A stretch of DNA of 64,000 nt from Eledone cirrhosa (taxonomy: Eukaryota). The notes beneath the pieces were generated by a model that saw only the letters and a program-made list of their open reading frames with translations, ran no database searches and was not told the origin of the DNA. The stretch lies in the NCBI GenBank assembly GCA_964016885.1, contig OZ024744.1:30380001-30444000 (forward strand), written 5' to 3'. Below, one piece after another: positions 1 through 12,000 of the stretch (the stretch's first letter is position 1; every line of letters starts with the position of its first letter). Both the position numbers and the translations under genes were made by a program.

Positions 1-3000
1 GACGGAGGCAGTGACAGTGGGAGGTTGGTTCCACTGTGTTTGGACCTGGTGTATATGAGAGATAGGGAGAGAGTGGGAGAGACGGAGGCAGTGACAGTGG
101 GAGGTTGGTTCCTCTGTGTTTGGAACTGGTGTATATGAGAGATAAGGAGAGTGGGAGAGAGACGGAGGCAGTGACAGTGGGAGGTTGGTTCCACTGTGTT
201 TAGACCTGGTGTATATGAGAGAGAGGGAGAGAGTGGGAGAGACTGAGGCAGTGACAGTGGGAGGTTGGTTCCTCTGTGTTTAGACCTGGTGTATATGAGA
301 GATAGGGAGAGTGGGAGAGACGGAGGCAGTGACAGTGGGAGGTTGGTTCCACTGTGTTTGGACCTGGTGTATATGAGAGATAGGGAGAGAGTGGGAGAGA
401 CGGAGGCGGTGACAGTGGGAGGTTGGTTCCTCTGTGTTTAGACCTGGTGTATATGATAGATAGGGAGAGAGTTGAAGGTTGGTTCCTCTGTGTTTAGACC
501 TGGTGTATATGAGAGATACGGAGAGAGTGGGAGAGACGGAGGCAGTGACAGTGGGAGGTTGGTTCCTCTGTGTTTAGACCAGGTGTATATGAGAGATAGG
601 GAGAGAGTGAGAGACGTAGGCAGTGACAGTGGGAGGTTGGTTCCTCTGTGTTTAGACCTGGTGCATATGAGAGATAGGGAGAGAGTGGGAGAGACGGAGG
701 CAGTGACAGTGGGAGGTTGGTTCCTCTGTGTTTGGACCTGGTGTATATGAGAGATAGGGAGAGAGTGAGAGAGACGGAGGCAGTGACAGTGTGAGGTTGG
801 TTCCTCTGTGTTTGGACCTGGTGTATATGAGAGAGTGGGAGAGACGGAGGCAGTGACAGTGGGAGGTTGGTTCCTCTGTGTTTGGACCTGGTGTATATGA
901 GAGATAGGGAGAGTGGGAGAGATGTGGTCAGTGACAGTGGGAGGTTGGTTCCTCTGTGTTTAGACCTGGTGTATATGAGAGATAAAGAGAGAGTGGGAGA
1001 GAGACGGAGGCAGTGACAGTGGGAGGTTGGTTCCTCTGTGTTTAGACCTGGTGTATATGAGAGATAGGGGGAGAGTGGGAGAGACGGAGGCAGTGACAGT
1101 GGGAGGTTGGTTCCTCTGTGTTTGGACCTGGTGTATATGAGAGATAAGGAGAGAGTGGGAGAGAGACGGAGGCAGTGACAGTGGGAGGTTGGTTCCTCTG
1201 TGTTTAGACCTGGTGTATATGAGAGATAGGGGGAGAGTGGGAGAGACGGAGGCAGTGACAGTGGGAGGTTGGTTCCTCTGTGTTTGAACCTGGTGTATAT
1301 GAGAGATAGGGAGAGAGTGGGAGAGATGGAGGCAGTGACAGTGGGAGGTTGGTTCCTCTGTGTTTGGACCTGGTGTATATGAGAGATAGGGAGAGAGTGG
1401 GAGAGACGGAGGCAGTGACAGTGGGAGGTTGGTTCCTCTGTGTTTAGACCTGGTGTATATGAGAGAGAGGGAGAGAGTGGGAGAGACGGAGGCAGTGAAA
1501 GTGGGAGGTTGGTTCCTCTGTGTTTGGACCTGGTGTATATGAGAGATAGGGAGAGTGGGAGAGATGGAGGCAGTGACAGTGGGAGGTTGGTTCCTCAGTG
1601 TTTGGACATGGTGTATATGAGAGGTAGGGAGAGGGTGGGAGAGACGGAGGCAGTGACAGTGGGAGGTTGGTTCCTCTGTGTTTGGACCTGGTGTATATGA
1701 GAGATAGGGAGAGAGTGGGAGAGACGGAGGCAGTGACAGTGGGAGGTTGGTTCCTCTGTGTTTAGACCTGGTGTATATGAGAGATAGGGAGAGAGTGAAG
1801 AGAGTGAGAGAGACGGAGGCAGTGACAGTGGGAGGTTGGTTCCTCTGTGTTTAGACCTGGTGTATATGAGAGATAGGGAGAGAGTGGGAGAGACGGAGGC
1901 AGTGACAGTGGGAGGTTGGTTCCTCTGTGTTTAGACCTGGTGTATATGAGAGATAGAGAGAGAGTGGGAGAGACGGAGGCAGTGACAGTGGGGGGTTGGT
2001 TCCTCAGTGTTTGGACATGGTGTATATGAGAGGTAGGGAGAGGGTGGGAGAGACGGAGGCAGTGACAGTGGGAGGTTGGTTCCTCTGTGTTTGGACCTGG
2101 TGTATATGAGAGATAGGGAGAGAGTGGGAGAGACGGAGGCATTGACAGTGGGAGGTTGGTTCCTCTGTGTTTAGACCTGGTGTATATGAGAGATAGGGAG
2201 AGAGTGAAGAGAGTGAGAGAGACGGAGGCAGTGACAGTGGGAGGTTGGTTCCTCTGTGTTTAGACCTGGTGTATATGAGAGATAGGGAGAGTGGCAGAGA
2301 TGGAGGCAGTGACAGTGGGAGGTTGGTTCCTCTGTGTTTGGACATGGTGTATATGAGAGATAGGGAGAGAGTGGGAGAGATGGAGACAGTGGGAGGTGGG
2401 TTCCTCTGTGTTTGGACCTGGTGTATATGAGAAATAGGGAGAGTGGCAGAGATGGAGGCAGTGACAGTGGGAGGTTGGTTCCTCTGTGTTTAGACCTGCT
2501 GTATATTAGAGATAGGGAGAGAGTGAGAGAGACGGAGGCAATGACAGTGGGAGGTTGGTTCCTCTGTGTTTAGACCTGGTGTATATGAGAAATAGGGAGA
2601 GTGGCAGAGATGGAGGCAGTGACAGTGGGAGATTGGTTCCTCTGTGTTTAGACCTGGTGTATTTGAGAGATAGGGAGAGCGTGAGAGAGACGGAGGCAGT
2701 GACAGTGGGAGGTTGGTTCCTCTGTGTTTGGACCTGGTGTATATGAGAGAGTGGGAGAGAGTGAGAGAGACGGAGGCAGTGACAGTGGGAGGTTGGTTCC
2801 TCTGTGTTTGGACCTGGTGTATATGAGAGATAGGGAGAGAGTGAGAGAGACGGAGGTAGTGATAGTGGGAGGTTGGTTCCTCTGTTAGGACCTGGTGTAT
2901 ATGAGAGATAGGGAGAGAGTGGGAGAGACGTAGGCAGTGACGGTGGGAGGTTGGTTCCTCTGTGTTTGGACCTGGTGTATATGAGAGATAGGGAGAGAGT

Positions 3001-6000
3001 GGGAGAGACGGAGTCGGTGACAGTGGGAGGTTGGTTCCTCTGTGTTTAGACCTGGTGTATATGAGAGAGAGGGAGAGAGTGAGAGAGACGGAGGCAGTGA
3101 CAGTGGGAGGTTGGTTCCTCTGTGTTTAGACCTGGTGTATATGAGAGATAGGGAGAGAGTGGGAGAGATGGAGGCAGTGACAGTGGGAGGTTGGTTCCTC
3201 TGTGTTTGGACCTGGTGTATATGAGAGATAGGGAGAGTGGGAGAGACGGAGACAGTGACAGTGGGAGGTTGGTTCCACTGTGTTTAGACCTGGTGTATAT
3301 GAGAGAGAGGGAGAGGGTGGGAGAGACTGAGGCAGTGACAGTGGGAGGTTGGTTCCTCTGTGTTTAGACCTGGTGTATATGAGAGATAGGGAGAGAGTAG
3401 AAGGTTGGTTCCTCTGTGTTTAGACCTGGTGTATATGAGAGATAGGGAGAGAGTGGGAGAGACGGAGGCAGTGACAGTGGGAGGTTGGTTCCTCTGTGTT
3501 TAGACCTGGTGTATATGAGAGATAGGGAGAGAGTGGGAGAGACGGAGGCAGTGACAGTGGGAGGTTGGTTCCTCTGTGTTTAGACCAGGTGTATATGAGA
3601 GATAGGGAGAGAGTGAGAGACGTAGGCAGTGACAGTGGGAGGTTGGTTCCTCTGTGTTTAGACCTGGTGTATATGAGAGATAGGGAGAGAGTGGGAGAGA
3701 CGGAGGCAGTGACAGTGGGAGGTTGGTTCCTCTGTGTTTGGACCTGGTGTATATGAGAGATAGGGAGAGAGTGAGAGAGACGGAGGCAGTGACAGTGGGA
3801 GGTTGGTTCCTCTGTGTTTGGACCTGGTGCATATGAGAGAGTGGGAGAGACGGAGGCAGTGACAGTGGGAGGTTGGTTCCTCTATGTTTGGACCTGGTGT
3901 ATATGAGAGATAGGGAGAGTGGGAGAGATGTGGTCAGTGACAGTGGGAGGTTGGTTCCTCTGTGTTTAGACCTGGTGTATATGAGACATAAGGAGAGAGT
4001 GGGAGAGAGACGGAGGCAGTGACAGTGGGAGGTTGGTTCCTCTGTGTTTAGACCTGGTGTATATGAGAGATAGGGGGAGAGTGGGAGAGACGGAGGCAGT
4101 GACAGTGGGAGGTTGGTTCCACTGTGTTTGGACCTGGTGTATATGAGAGATAGGGAGAGAGTGGGAGAGACGGAGGCAGTGACAGTGGGAGGTTGGTTCC
4201 TCTGTGTTTGGACCTGGTGTATATGAGAGATAAGGAGAGTGGGAGAGAGACGGAGGCAGTGACAGTGGGAGGTTGGTTCCACTGTGTTTAGACCTGGTGT
4301 ATATGAGAGAGAGGGAGAGAGTGGGAGAGACTGAGGCAGTGACAGTGGGAGGTTGGTTCCTCTGTGTTTAGACCTGGTGTATATGAGAGATAGGGAGAGT
4401 GGGAGAGACGGAGGCAGTGACAGTGGGAGGTTGGTTCTACTGTGTTAGGACCTGGTGTATATGAGAGATAGGGAGAGAGTGGGAGAGACGGAGGCGGTGA
4501 CAGTGGGAGGTTGGTTCCTCTGTGTTTAGACCTGGTGTATATGAGACATAAGGAGAGAGTGGGAGAGAGACGGAGGCAGTGACAGTGGGAGGTTGGTTCC
4601 TCTGTGTTTAGACCTGGTGTATATGAGAGATAGGGGGAGAGTGGGAGAGACGGAGGCAGTGACAGTGGGAGGTTGGTTCCTCTGTGTTTGGAGCTGGTGT
4701 ATATGAGAGATAAGGAGAGAGTGGGAGAGAGACGGAGGCAGTGACAGTGGGAGGTTGGTTCCTCTGTATTTAGACCTGGTGTATATGAGAGATAGGGGGA
4801 GAGTGGGAGAGACGGAGGCAGAGACAGTGGGAGGTTGGTTCCTCTGTGTTTGAACCTGGTGTATATGAGAGATAGGGAGAGAGTGGGAGAGATGGAGGCA
4901 GTGACAGTGGGAGGTTGGTTCCTCTGTGTTTGGACCTGGTGTATATGAGAGATAAGGAGAGTGGGAGAGAGACGGAGGCAGTGACAGTGGGAGGTTGGTT
5001 CCACTGTGTTTAGACCTGGTGTATATGAGAGAGAGGGAGAGAGTGGGAGAGACTGAGGCAGTGACAGTGGGAGGTTGGTTCCTCTGTGTTTAGACCTGGT
5101 GTATATGAGAGATAGGGAGAGAGTGGGAGAGACGGAGGCAGTGACAGTGGGAGGCTGGTTCCACTGTGTTTGGACCTGGTGTATATGAGAGATAGGGAGA
5201 GAGTGGGAGAGACGGAGGCGGTGACAGTGGGAGGTTGGTTCCTCTGTGTTTAGACCTGGTGTATATGAGAGATAGGGAGAGAGTAGAAGGTTGGTTCCTC
5301 TGTGTTTAGACCTGGTGTATATGAGAGATAGGGAGAGAGTGAGAGACGTAGGCAGTGACAGTGGGTGGTTGGTTCCTCTGTGTTTAGACCTGGTGCATAT
5401 GAGAGATAGGGAGAGAGTGGGAGAGACGGAGGCAGTGACAGTGGGAGGTTGGTTCCTCTGTGTTTGGACCTGGTGTATATGAGAGATAGGGAGAGAGTGA
5501 GAGAGACGGAGGCAGTGACAGTGTGAGGTTGGTTCCTCTGTGTTTGGACCTGGTGCATATGAGAGAGTGGGAGAGACGGAGGCAGTGACAGTGGGAGGTT
5601 GGTTCCTCTATGTTTGGACCTGGTGTATATGAGAGATAGGGAGAGTGGGAGAGATGTGGTCAGTGACAGTGGGAGGTTGGTTCCTCTGTGTTTAGACCTG
5701 GTGTATATGAGACATAAGGAGAGAGTGGGAGAGAGACGGAGGCAGTGACAGTGGGAGATTGGTTCCTCTGTGTTTAGACCTGGTGTATATGAGAGATAGG
5801 GGGAGAGTGGGAGAGACGGAGGCAGTGACAGTGGGAGGTTGGTTCCTCTGTGTTTGGACCTGGTGTATATGAGAGATAAGGAGAGAGTGGGAGAGAGACG
5901 GAGGCAGTGACAGTGGGAGGTTGGTTCCTCTGTGTTTGGACCTGGTGTATATGAGAGATAGGGAGAGAGTGGGAGGGATGGAGGCAGTGACAGTGGGAGG

Positions 6001-9000
6001 TTGGTTCCTCTCTGTTTAGACCTGGTGTATATGAGAGAGAGGAAGAGAGTGGGAGAGATGGAGGCAGTGACAGTGGGAGGTTGGTTCCTCTGTGTTTAGA
6101 CCTGGTGTATATGAGAGAGAGGGAGAGAGTGGGAGATACGGAGGCAGTGAAAGTGGGAGGTTGGTTCCTCTGTGTTTGGACCTGGTGTATATGACAGATA
6201 GGGAGAGTGGGAGAGATGGAGGCAGTGACAGTGGGAGGTTGGTTCCTCTGTGTTTAGACCTGGTGTATTTGAGAGATAGGGAGAGAGTGGGAGAGATGGA
6301 GGCAGTGACAGTGGGAGGTTGGTTCCTCTGTGTTTGGACCTGGTGTATATGAGAGGTAGGGAGAGTGAGAGAGACGGAGGCAGTGACAGTTGGAGGTTGG
6401 TTCCTCTGTGTTTGGACCTGGTGTATATGAGAGATAGGGAGAGAGTAGAGATATGGAGGCAGTGACAGTGGGAGGTTGGTTCCTCTGTGTTTGGACCTGG
6501 TGTATATGAGAGATAGGGAGAGAGTGGGAGAGATGGAGGCAGTGACAGTGGGAGGTTGGTTCCTCTGTGTTTAGACCTGGTGTATATGAGAGATAGGGAG
6601 AGAGTGGGAGAGATGGAGGCAGTGACAGTGGGAGGTTGGTTCCTCTGTGTTTAGACCTGGTGTATATGAGAGATAGGGAGAGAGTGGGAGAGATGGAGGC
6701 AGTGACAGTGGGAGGTTGGTTCCTCTGTGTTTAGACCTGGTGTATATGAGAGAGAGGGAGAGAGTGGGAGAGACGGAGGCAGTGAAAGTGGGATGTTGGT
6801 TCCTCTGTGTTTGGACCTGGTGTATATGAGAGATAGGGAGAGTGGGAGAGATGGAGGCAGTGACAGTGGGAGGTTGGTTCCTCTGTGTTTAGACCTGGTG
6901 TATTTGAGAGATAGGGAGAGAGTGGGAGAGATGGAGGCAGTGACAGTAGGAGGTTGGTTCCTCTGTGTTTGGACCTGGTGTATATGAGAGGTAGGGAGAG
7001 TGAGAGAGACGGAGGCAGTGACAGTTGGAGGTTGGTTCCACTGTGTTTGGACCTGGTGTATATGAGAGATAGGGAGAGAGTGGGAGAGATGGAGGCAGTG
7101 ACAGTGGGAGGTTGGTTCCTCTGTGTTTGGACCTGGTGTATATGAGAGATAGGGAGAGAGTGGGAGAGATGGAGGCAGTGACAGTGGGAGGTTGGTTCCT
7201 CTGTGTTTAGACCTGGTGTATATGAGAGATAGGGAGAGAGTGGGAGAGATGGAGGCAGTGACAGTGGGAGGTTGGTTCCTCTGTGTTTAGACCTGGTGTA
7301 TATGAGAGATAGGGAGAGAGTGGGAGAGATGGAGGCAGTGACAGTGGGAGGTTGGTTCCTCTGTGTTTAGACCTGGTGTATATGAGAGAGAGGGAGAGAG
7401 TGGGAGAGACGGAGGCAGTGAAAGTGGGATGTTGGTTCCTCTGTGTTTGGACCTGGTGTATATGAGAGATAGGGAGAGTGGGAGAGATGGAGGCAGTGAC
7501 AGTGGGAGGTTGGTTCCTCTGTGTTTAGACCTGGTGTATTTGAGAGATAGGGAGAGAGTGGGAGAGATGGAGGCAGTGACAGTAGGAGGTTGGTTCCTCT
7601 GTGTTTGGACCTGGTGTATATGAGAGGTAGGGAGAGTGAGAGAGACGGAGGCAGTGACAGTTGGAGGTTGGTTCCACTGTGTTTGGACCTGGTGTATATG
7701 AGAGATAGGGAGAGAGTGGGAGAGATGGAGGCAGTGACAGTGGGAGGTTGGTTTCTCTGTGTTTGGACCTGGTGTATATGAGAGATAGGGAGAGAGTGGG
7801 AGAGACGTAGGCAGTGCCAGTGGGAGGTTGGTTCCTCTATGTTTGGACCTGGTGTATATGAGAGATAGGGAGAGAGTGGGAGAGACGTAGGCAGTGACAG
7901 TGGGAGGTTGGTTCCTCTGTGTTTGGACCTGGTGTATATGAGAGATAGGGAGAGAGTGGGTGAGATGGAGGCAGTGGGAGGTGGGTTCCTCTGTGTTTGG
8001 ACCTGGTGTATATGAGAGATAGGGAGAGAGTGGGTGAGATGGAGGCAGTGGGAGATTGGTTCCTCTGTGTTTAGACCAGGGGTATATGAGAGATAGGGAG
8101 AGAGTGAAGAGAGTGAGAGAGACGGAGGCAGTGACAGTGGGAGGTTGGTTCCTCTGTGTTTAGACCTGGTGTATATGAGAGATAGGGAGAGTGGCAGAGA
8201 TGGAGGCAGTGACAGTGGGAGGTTGGTTCCTCTGTGTTTGGACATGGTGTATATGAGAGATAGGGAGAGAGTGGGAGAGATGGAGACAGTGGGAGGTGGG
8301 TTCCTCTGTGTTTGGACCTGGTGTATATTAGAGATAGGGAGAGAGTGGGAGAGACGGAGGCAATGACAGTGGGAGGTTGGTTCCTCTGTGTTTAGACCTG
8401 CTGTATATTAGAGATAGGGAGAGAGTGAGAGAGACGGAGGCAATGACAGTGGGAGGTTGGTTCCTCTGTGTTTAGACCTGGTGTATATGAGAAACAGGGA
8501 GAGTGGCAGAGATGGAGGCAGTGACAGTGGGAAATTGGTTCCTCTGTGTTTAGACCTGGTGTATATGAGAGATAGGGAGAGCGTGAGAGAGACGGAGGCA
8601 GTGACAGTGGGAGGTTGGTTCCTCTGTGTTTAGACTTGGTGTATATGGGAGATTGGGAGAGAGTAGGACAGACAGAAGCAGTGACAGTGGGAGGTTGGTT
8701 CCTCTGTGTTTAGACCTGGTGTATATGAGAGATAGGGAGAGAGTGGGAGAGACGGAGGCAGTGACAGTGGGAGGTTGGTTCCTCTGTGTTTGGACCTGGT
8801 GTATATGAGAGAGTGGGAGAGAGTGGGAGAGACGGAGGCAGTGACAGTGGGAGGTTGGTTCCTCTGTGTTTGGACCTGGTGTATATGAGAGATAAGGAGA
8901 GTGGGAGAGAGACGGAGGCAGTGACAGTGGGAGGTTGGTTCCACTGTGTTTAGACCTGGTGTATATGAGAGAGAGGGAGAGAGTGGGAGAGACTGAGGCA

Positions 9001-12000
9001 GTGACAGTGGGAGGTTGGTTCCTCTGTGTTTAGACCTGGTGTATATGAGAGATAGGGAGAGTGGGAGAGACAGAGGCAGTGACAGTGGGAGGTTGGTTCC
9101 ACTGTGTTTGGACCTGGTGTATATGAGAGATAGGGAGAGAGTGGGTGAGACGGAGGCGGTGACAGTGGGAGGTAGGTTCCTCTGTGTTTAGACCAGGTGT
9201 ATATGAGAGATAGGGAGAGAGTGAGAGACGTAGGCAGTGACAGTGGGAGGTTGGTTCCTTTGTGTTTAGACCTGGTGTATATGAGAGATAGGGAGAGAGT
9301 GGGAGAGACGGAGGCAGTGACAGTGGGAGGTTGGTTCCTCTGTGTTTGGACCTGGTGTATATGAGAGATAGGGAGAGAGTGAGAGAGACGGAGGCAGTGA
9401 GAGTGTGAGGTTGGTTCATCTGTGTTTGGACCTGGTGCATATGAGAGAGTGGGAGAGACGGAGGCAGTGACAGTGGGAGGTTGGTTCCTCTGTGTTTGGA
9501 CCTGGTGTATATGAGAGATAGGGAGAGTGGGAGAGATGTGGTCAGTGACAGTGGGAGGTTGGTTCCTCTGTGTTTAGACCTGGTGTATATGAGAGATAAG
9601 GAGAGAGTGGGAGAGAGACGGAGGCAGTGACAGTGGGAGGTTGGTTCCTCTGTGTTTAGACCTGGTGTATATGAGAGATAGGGGAGAGTGGGAGAGACGG
9701 AGGCAGTGACAGTGGGAGGTTGGTTCCTCTGTGTTTGGACCTGGTGTATATGAGAGATAAGGAGAGAGTGGGAGAGAGACGGAGGCAGTGACAGTGGGAG
9801 GTTGGTTCCTCTGTATTTAGACCTGGTGTATATGAGAGATAGGGGGAGTGTGGGAGAGACGGAGGCAGTGACAGTGGGAGGTTGGTTCCTCTGTGTTTGA
9901 ACCTGGTGTATATGAGAGATAGGGAGAGAGTGGGAGAGATGGAGGCAGTGACAGTGGGAGGTTGGTTCCTCTGTGTTTGGACCTGGTGTATATGAGAGAT
10001 AGGGAGAGAGTGGGAGAGATGGAGGCAGTGACAGTGGGAGGTTGGTTCCTCTGTGTTTAGACCTGGTGTATATGAGAGATAGGGAGAGAGTGAGAGAGAC
10101 GGAGGCAGTGACAGTGGGGGGTTGGTTCCTCAGTGTTTGGACATGGTGTATATGAGACATAGGGAGAGAGTGGGAGAGACGGAGGCAGTGACAGTGGGAG
10201 GTTGGATCCTCTGTGTTTGGACCTGGTGTATATGAGAGATAGGGAGAGAGTGGGAGAGATGGAGGCAGTGACAGTGGGAGGTTGGTTCCTCTGTGTTTAG
10301 ACCTGGTGTATATGAGAGATAGGGAGAGTGGGAGAGACGGAGGCAGTGACAGTGGGAGGTTGGTTCCACTGTGTTTGGACCTGGTGTATATGAGAGATAG
10401 GGAGAGAGTGGGAGAGACGGAGGCGGTGACAGTGGGAGGTTGGTTCCTCTGTGTTTAGACCTGGTGTATATGAGAGATAGGGAGAGAGTAGAAGGTTGGT
10501 TCCTCTGTGTTTAGACCTGGTGTATATGAGAGATAGGGAGAGAGTGGGAGAGACGGAGGCAGTGACAGTGGGAGGTTGGTTCCTCTGTGTTTAGACCTGG
10601 TGTATATGAGAGATAGGGAGAGAATGGGAGAGACGGAGGCAGTGACAGTGGGAGGTTGGTTCCTCTGTGTTTAGACCAGGTGTATATGAGAGATAGGGAG
10701 AGAGTGAGAGACGTAGGCAGTGACAATGGGAGGTTGGTTCCACTGTGTTTAGACCAGGTGTATATGAGAGATAGGGAGAGAGTGAGAGACGTAGGCAGTG
10801 ACAGTGGGAGGTTGGTTCCTTTGTGTTTAGACCTGGTGTATATGAGAGATAGGGAGAGAGTGGGAGAGACGGAGGCAGTGACAGTGGGAGGTTGGTTCCT
10901 CTGTGTTTAGACCAGGTGTATATGAGAGATAGGGAGAGAGTGAGAGACGTAGGCAGTGACAGTGGGAGGTTGGTTCCTTTGTGTTTAGACCTGGTGTATA
11001 TGAGAGATAGGGAGAGAGTGGGAGAGACGGAGGCAGTGACAGTGGGAGGTTGGTTCCTCTGTGTTTGGACCTGGTGTATATGAGAGATAGGGAGAGAGTG
11101 AGAGAGACGGAGGCAGTGACAGTGGGAGGTTGGTTCCTCTGTGTTTAGACCTGGTGTATATGAGACATAGGGAGAGAGTGGGAGAGACGGAGGCAGTGAC
11201 AGTGGGAGGTTGGATCCTCTGTGTTTGGACCTGGTGTATATGAGAGATAGGGAGAGAGTGGGAGAGATGGAGGCAGTGACAGTGGGAGGTTGGTTCCTCT
11301 GTGTTTAGACCTGGTGTATATGAGAGAGAGGAAGAGAGTGGGAGAGATGGAGGCAGTGACAGTGGGAGGTTGGTTCCTCTGTGTTTAGACCTGGTGTATA
11401 TGAGAGAGAGGGAGAGAGTGGGAGAGACGGAGGCAGTGAAAGTGGGAGGTTGGTTCCTCTGTGTTTGGACCTGGTGTATATGAGAGATAGGGAGAGTGGG
11501 AGAGATGGAGGCAGTGACAGTGGGAGGTTGGTTCCTCTGTGTTTAGACCTGGTGTATATGAGAGGTAGGGAGAGTGAGAGAGACGGAGGCAGTGACAGTT
11601 GGAGGTTGGTTCCTCTGTGTTTGGACCTGGTGTATATGAGAGATAGGGAGAGAGTAGAGATATGGATGCAGTGACAGTGGGAGGTTGGTTCCTCTGTGTT
11701 TAGACCTGGTGTATATGAGAGATAGGGAGAGAGTGGGAGAGATGGAGGCAGTGACAGTGGGAGGTTGGTTCCTCTGTGTTTGGACCTGGTGTATATGAGA
11801 GATAGGGAGAGTGGGAGAGACGGAGACAGTGACAGTGGGAGGTTGGTTCCTCTGTGTTTGGACCTGGTGTATATGAGAGATAGGGAGAGAGTGGGTGAGA
11901 TGGAGGCAGTGGGAGGTGAGTTCCTCTGTGTTTGGACCTGGTGTATATGAGAGATAGGGAGAGAGTGGGTGAGATGGAGGCAGTGGGAGGTTGGTTCCTC

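Noticed and set aside
9-20. Iron-responsive-element-like CAGTG(A/G) loops
   Set aside because: The flanks do not form the required 5-bp upper stem with a bulged C.
13-38. V(D)J RSS-like heptamers (CACTGTG variant and GACAGTG, 12 bp apart)
   Set aside because: There is no ACAAAAACC-like nonamer at 12 or 23 bp, the perfect heptamer is a minority allele, and no gene segments are present.
7965-7990. Jeffreys minisatellite core, Chi-like or PRDM9 motif (GGAGGTGGG in 74-bp monomers, CCTCCGTCTCTCC on the minus strand)
   Set aside because: Only partial or mismatched hits, expected by chance in G-rich sequence, and the PRDM9 motif is specific to species and allele.
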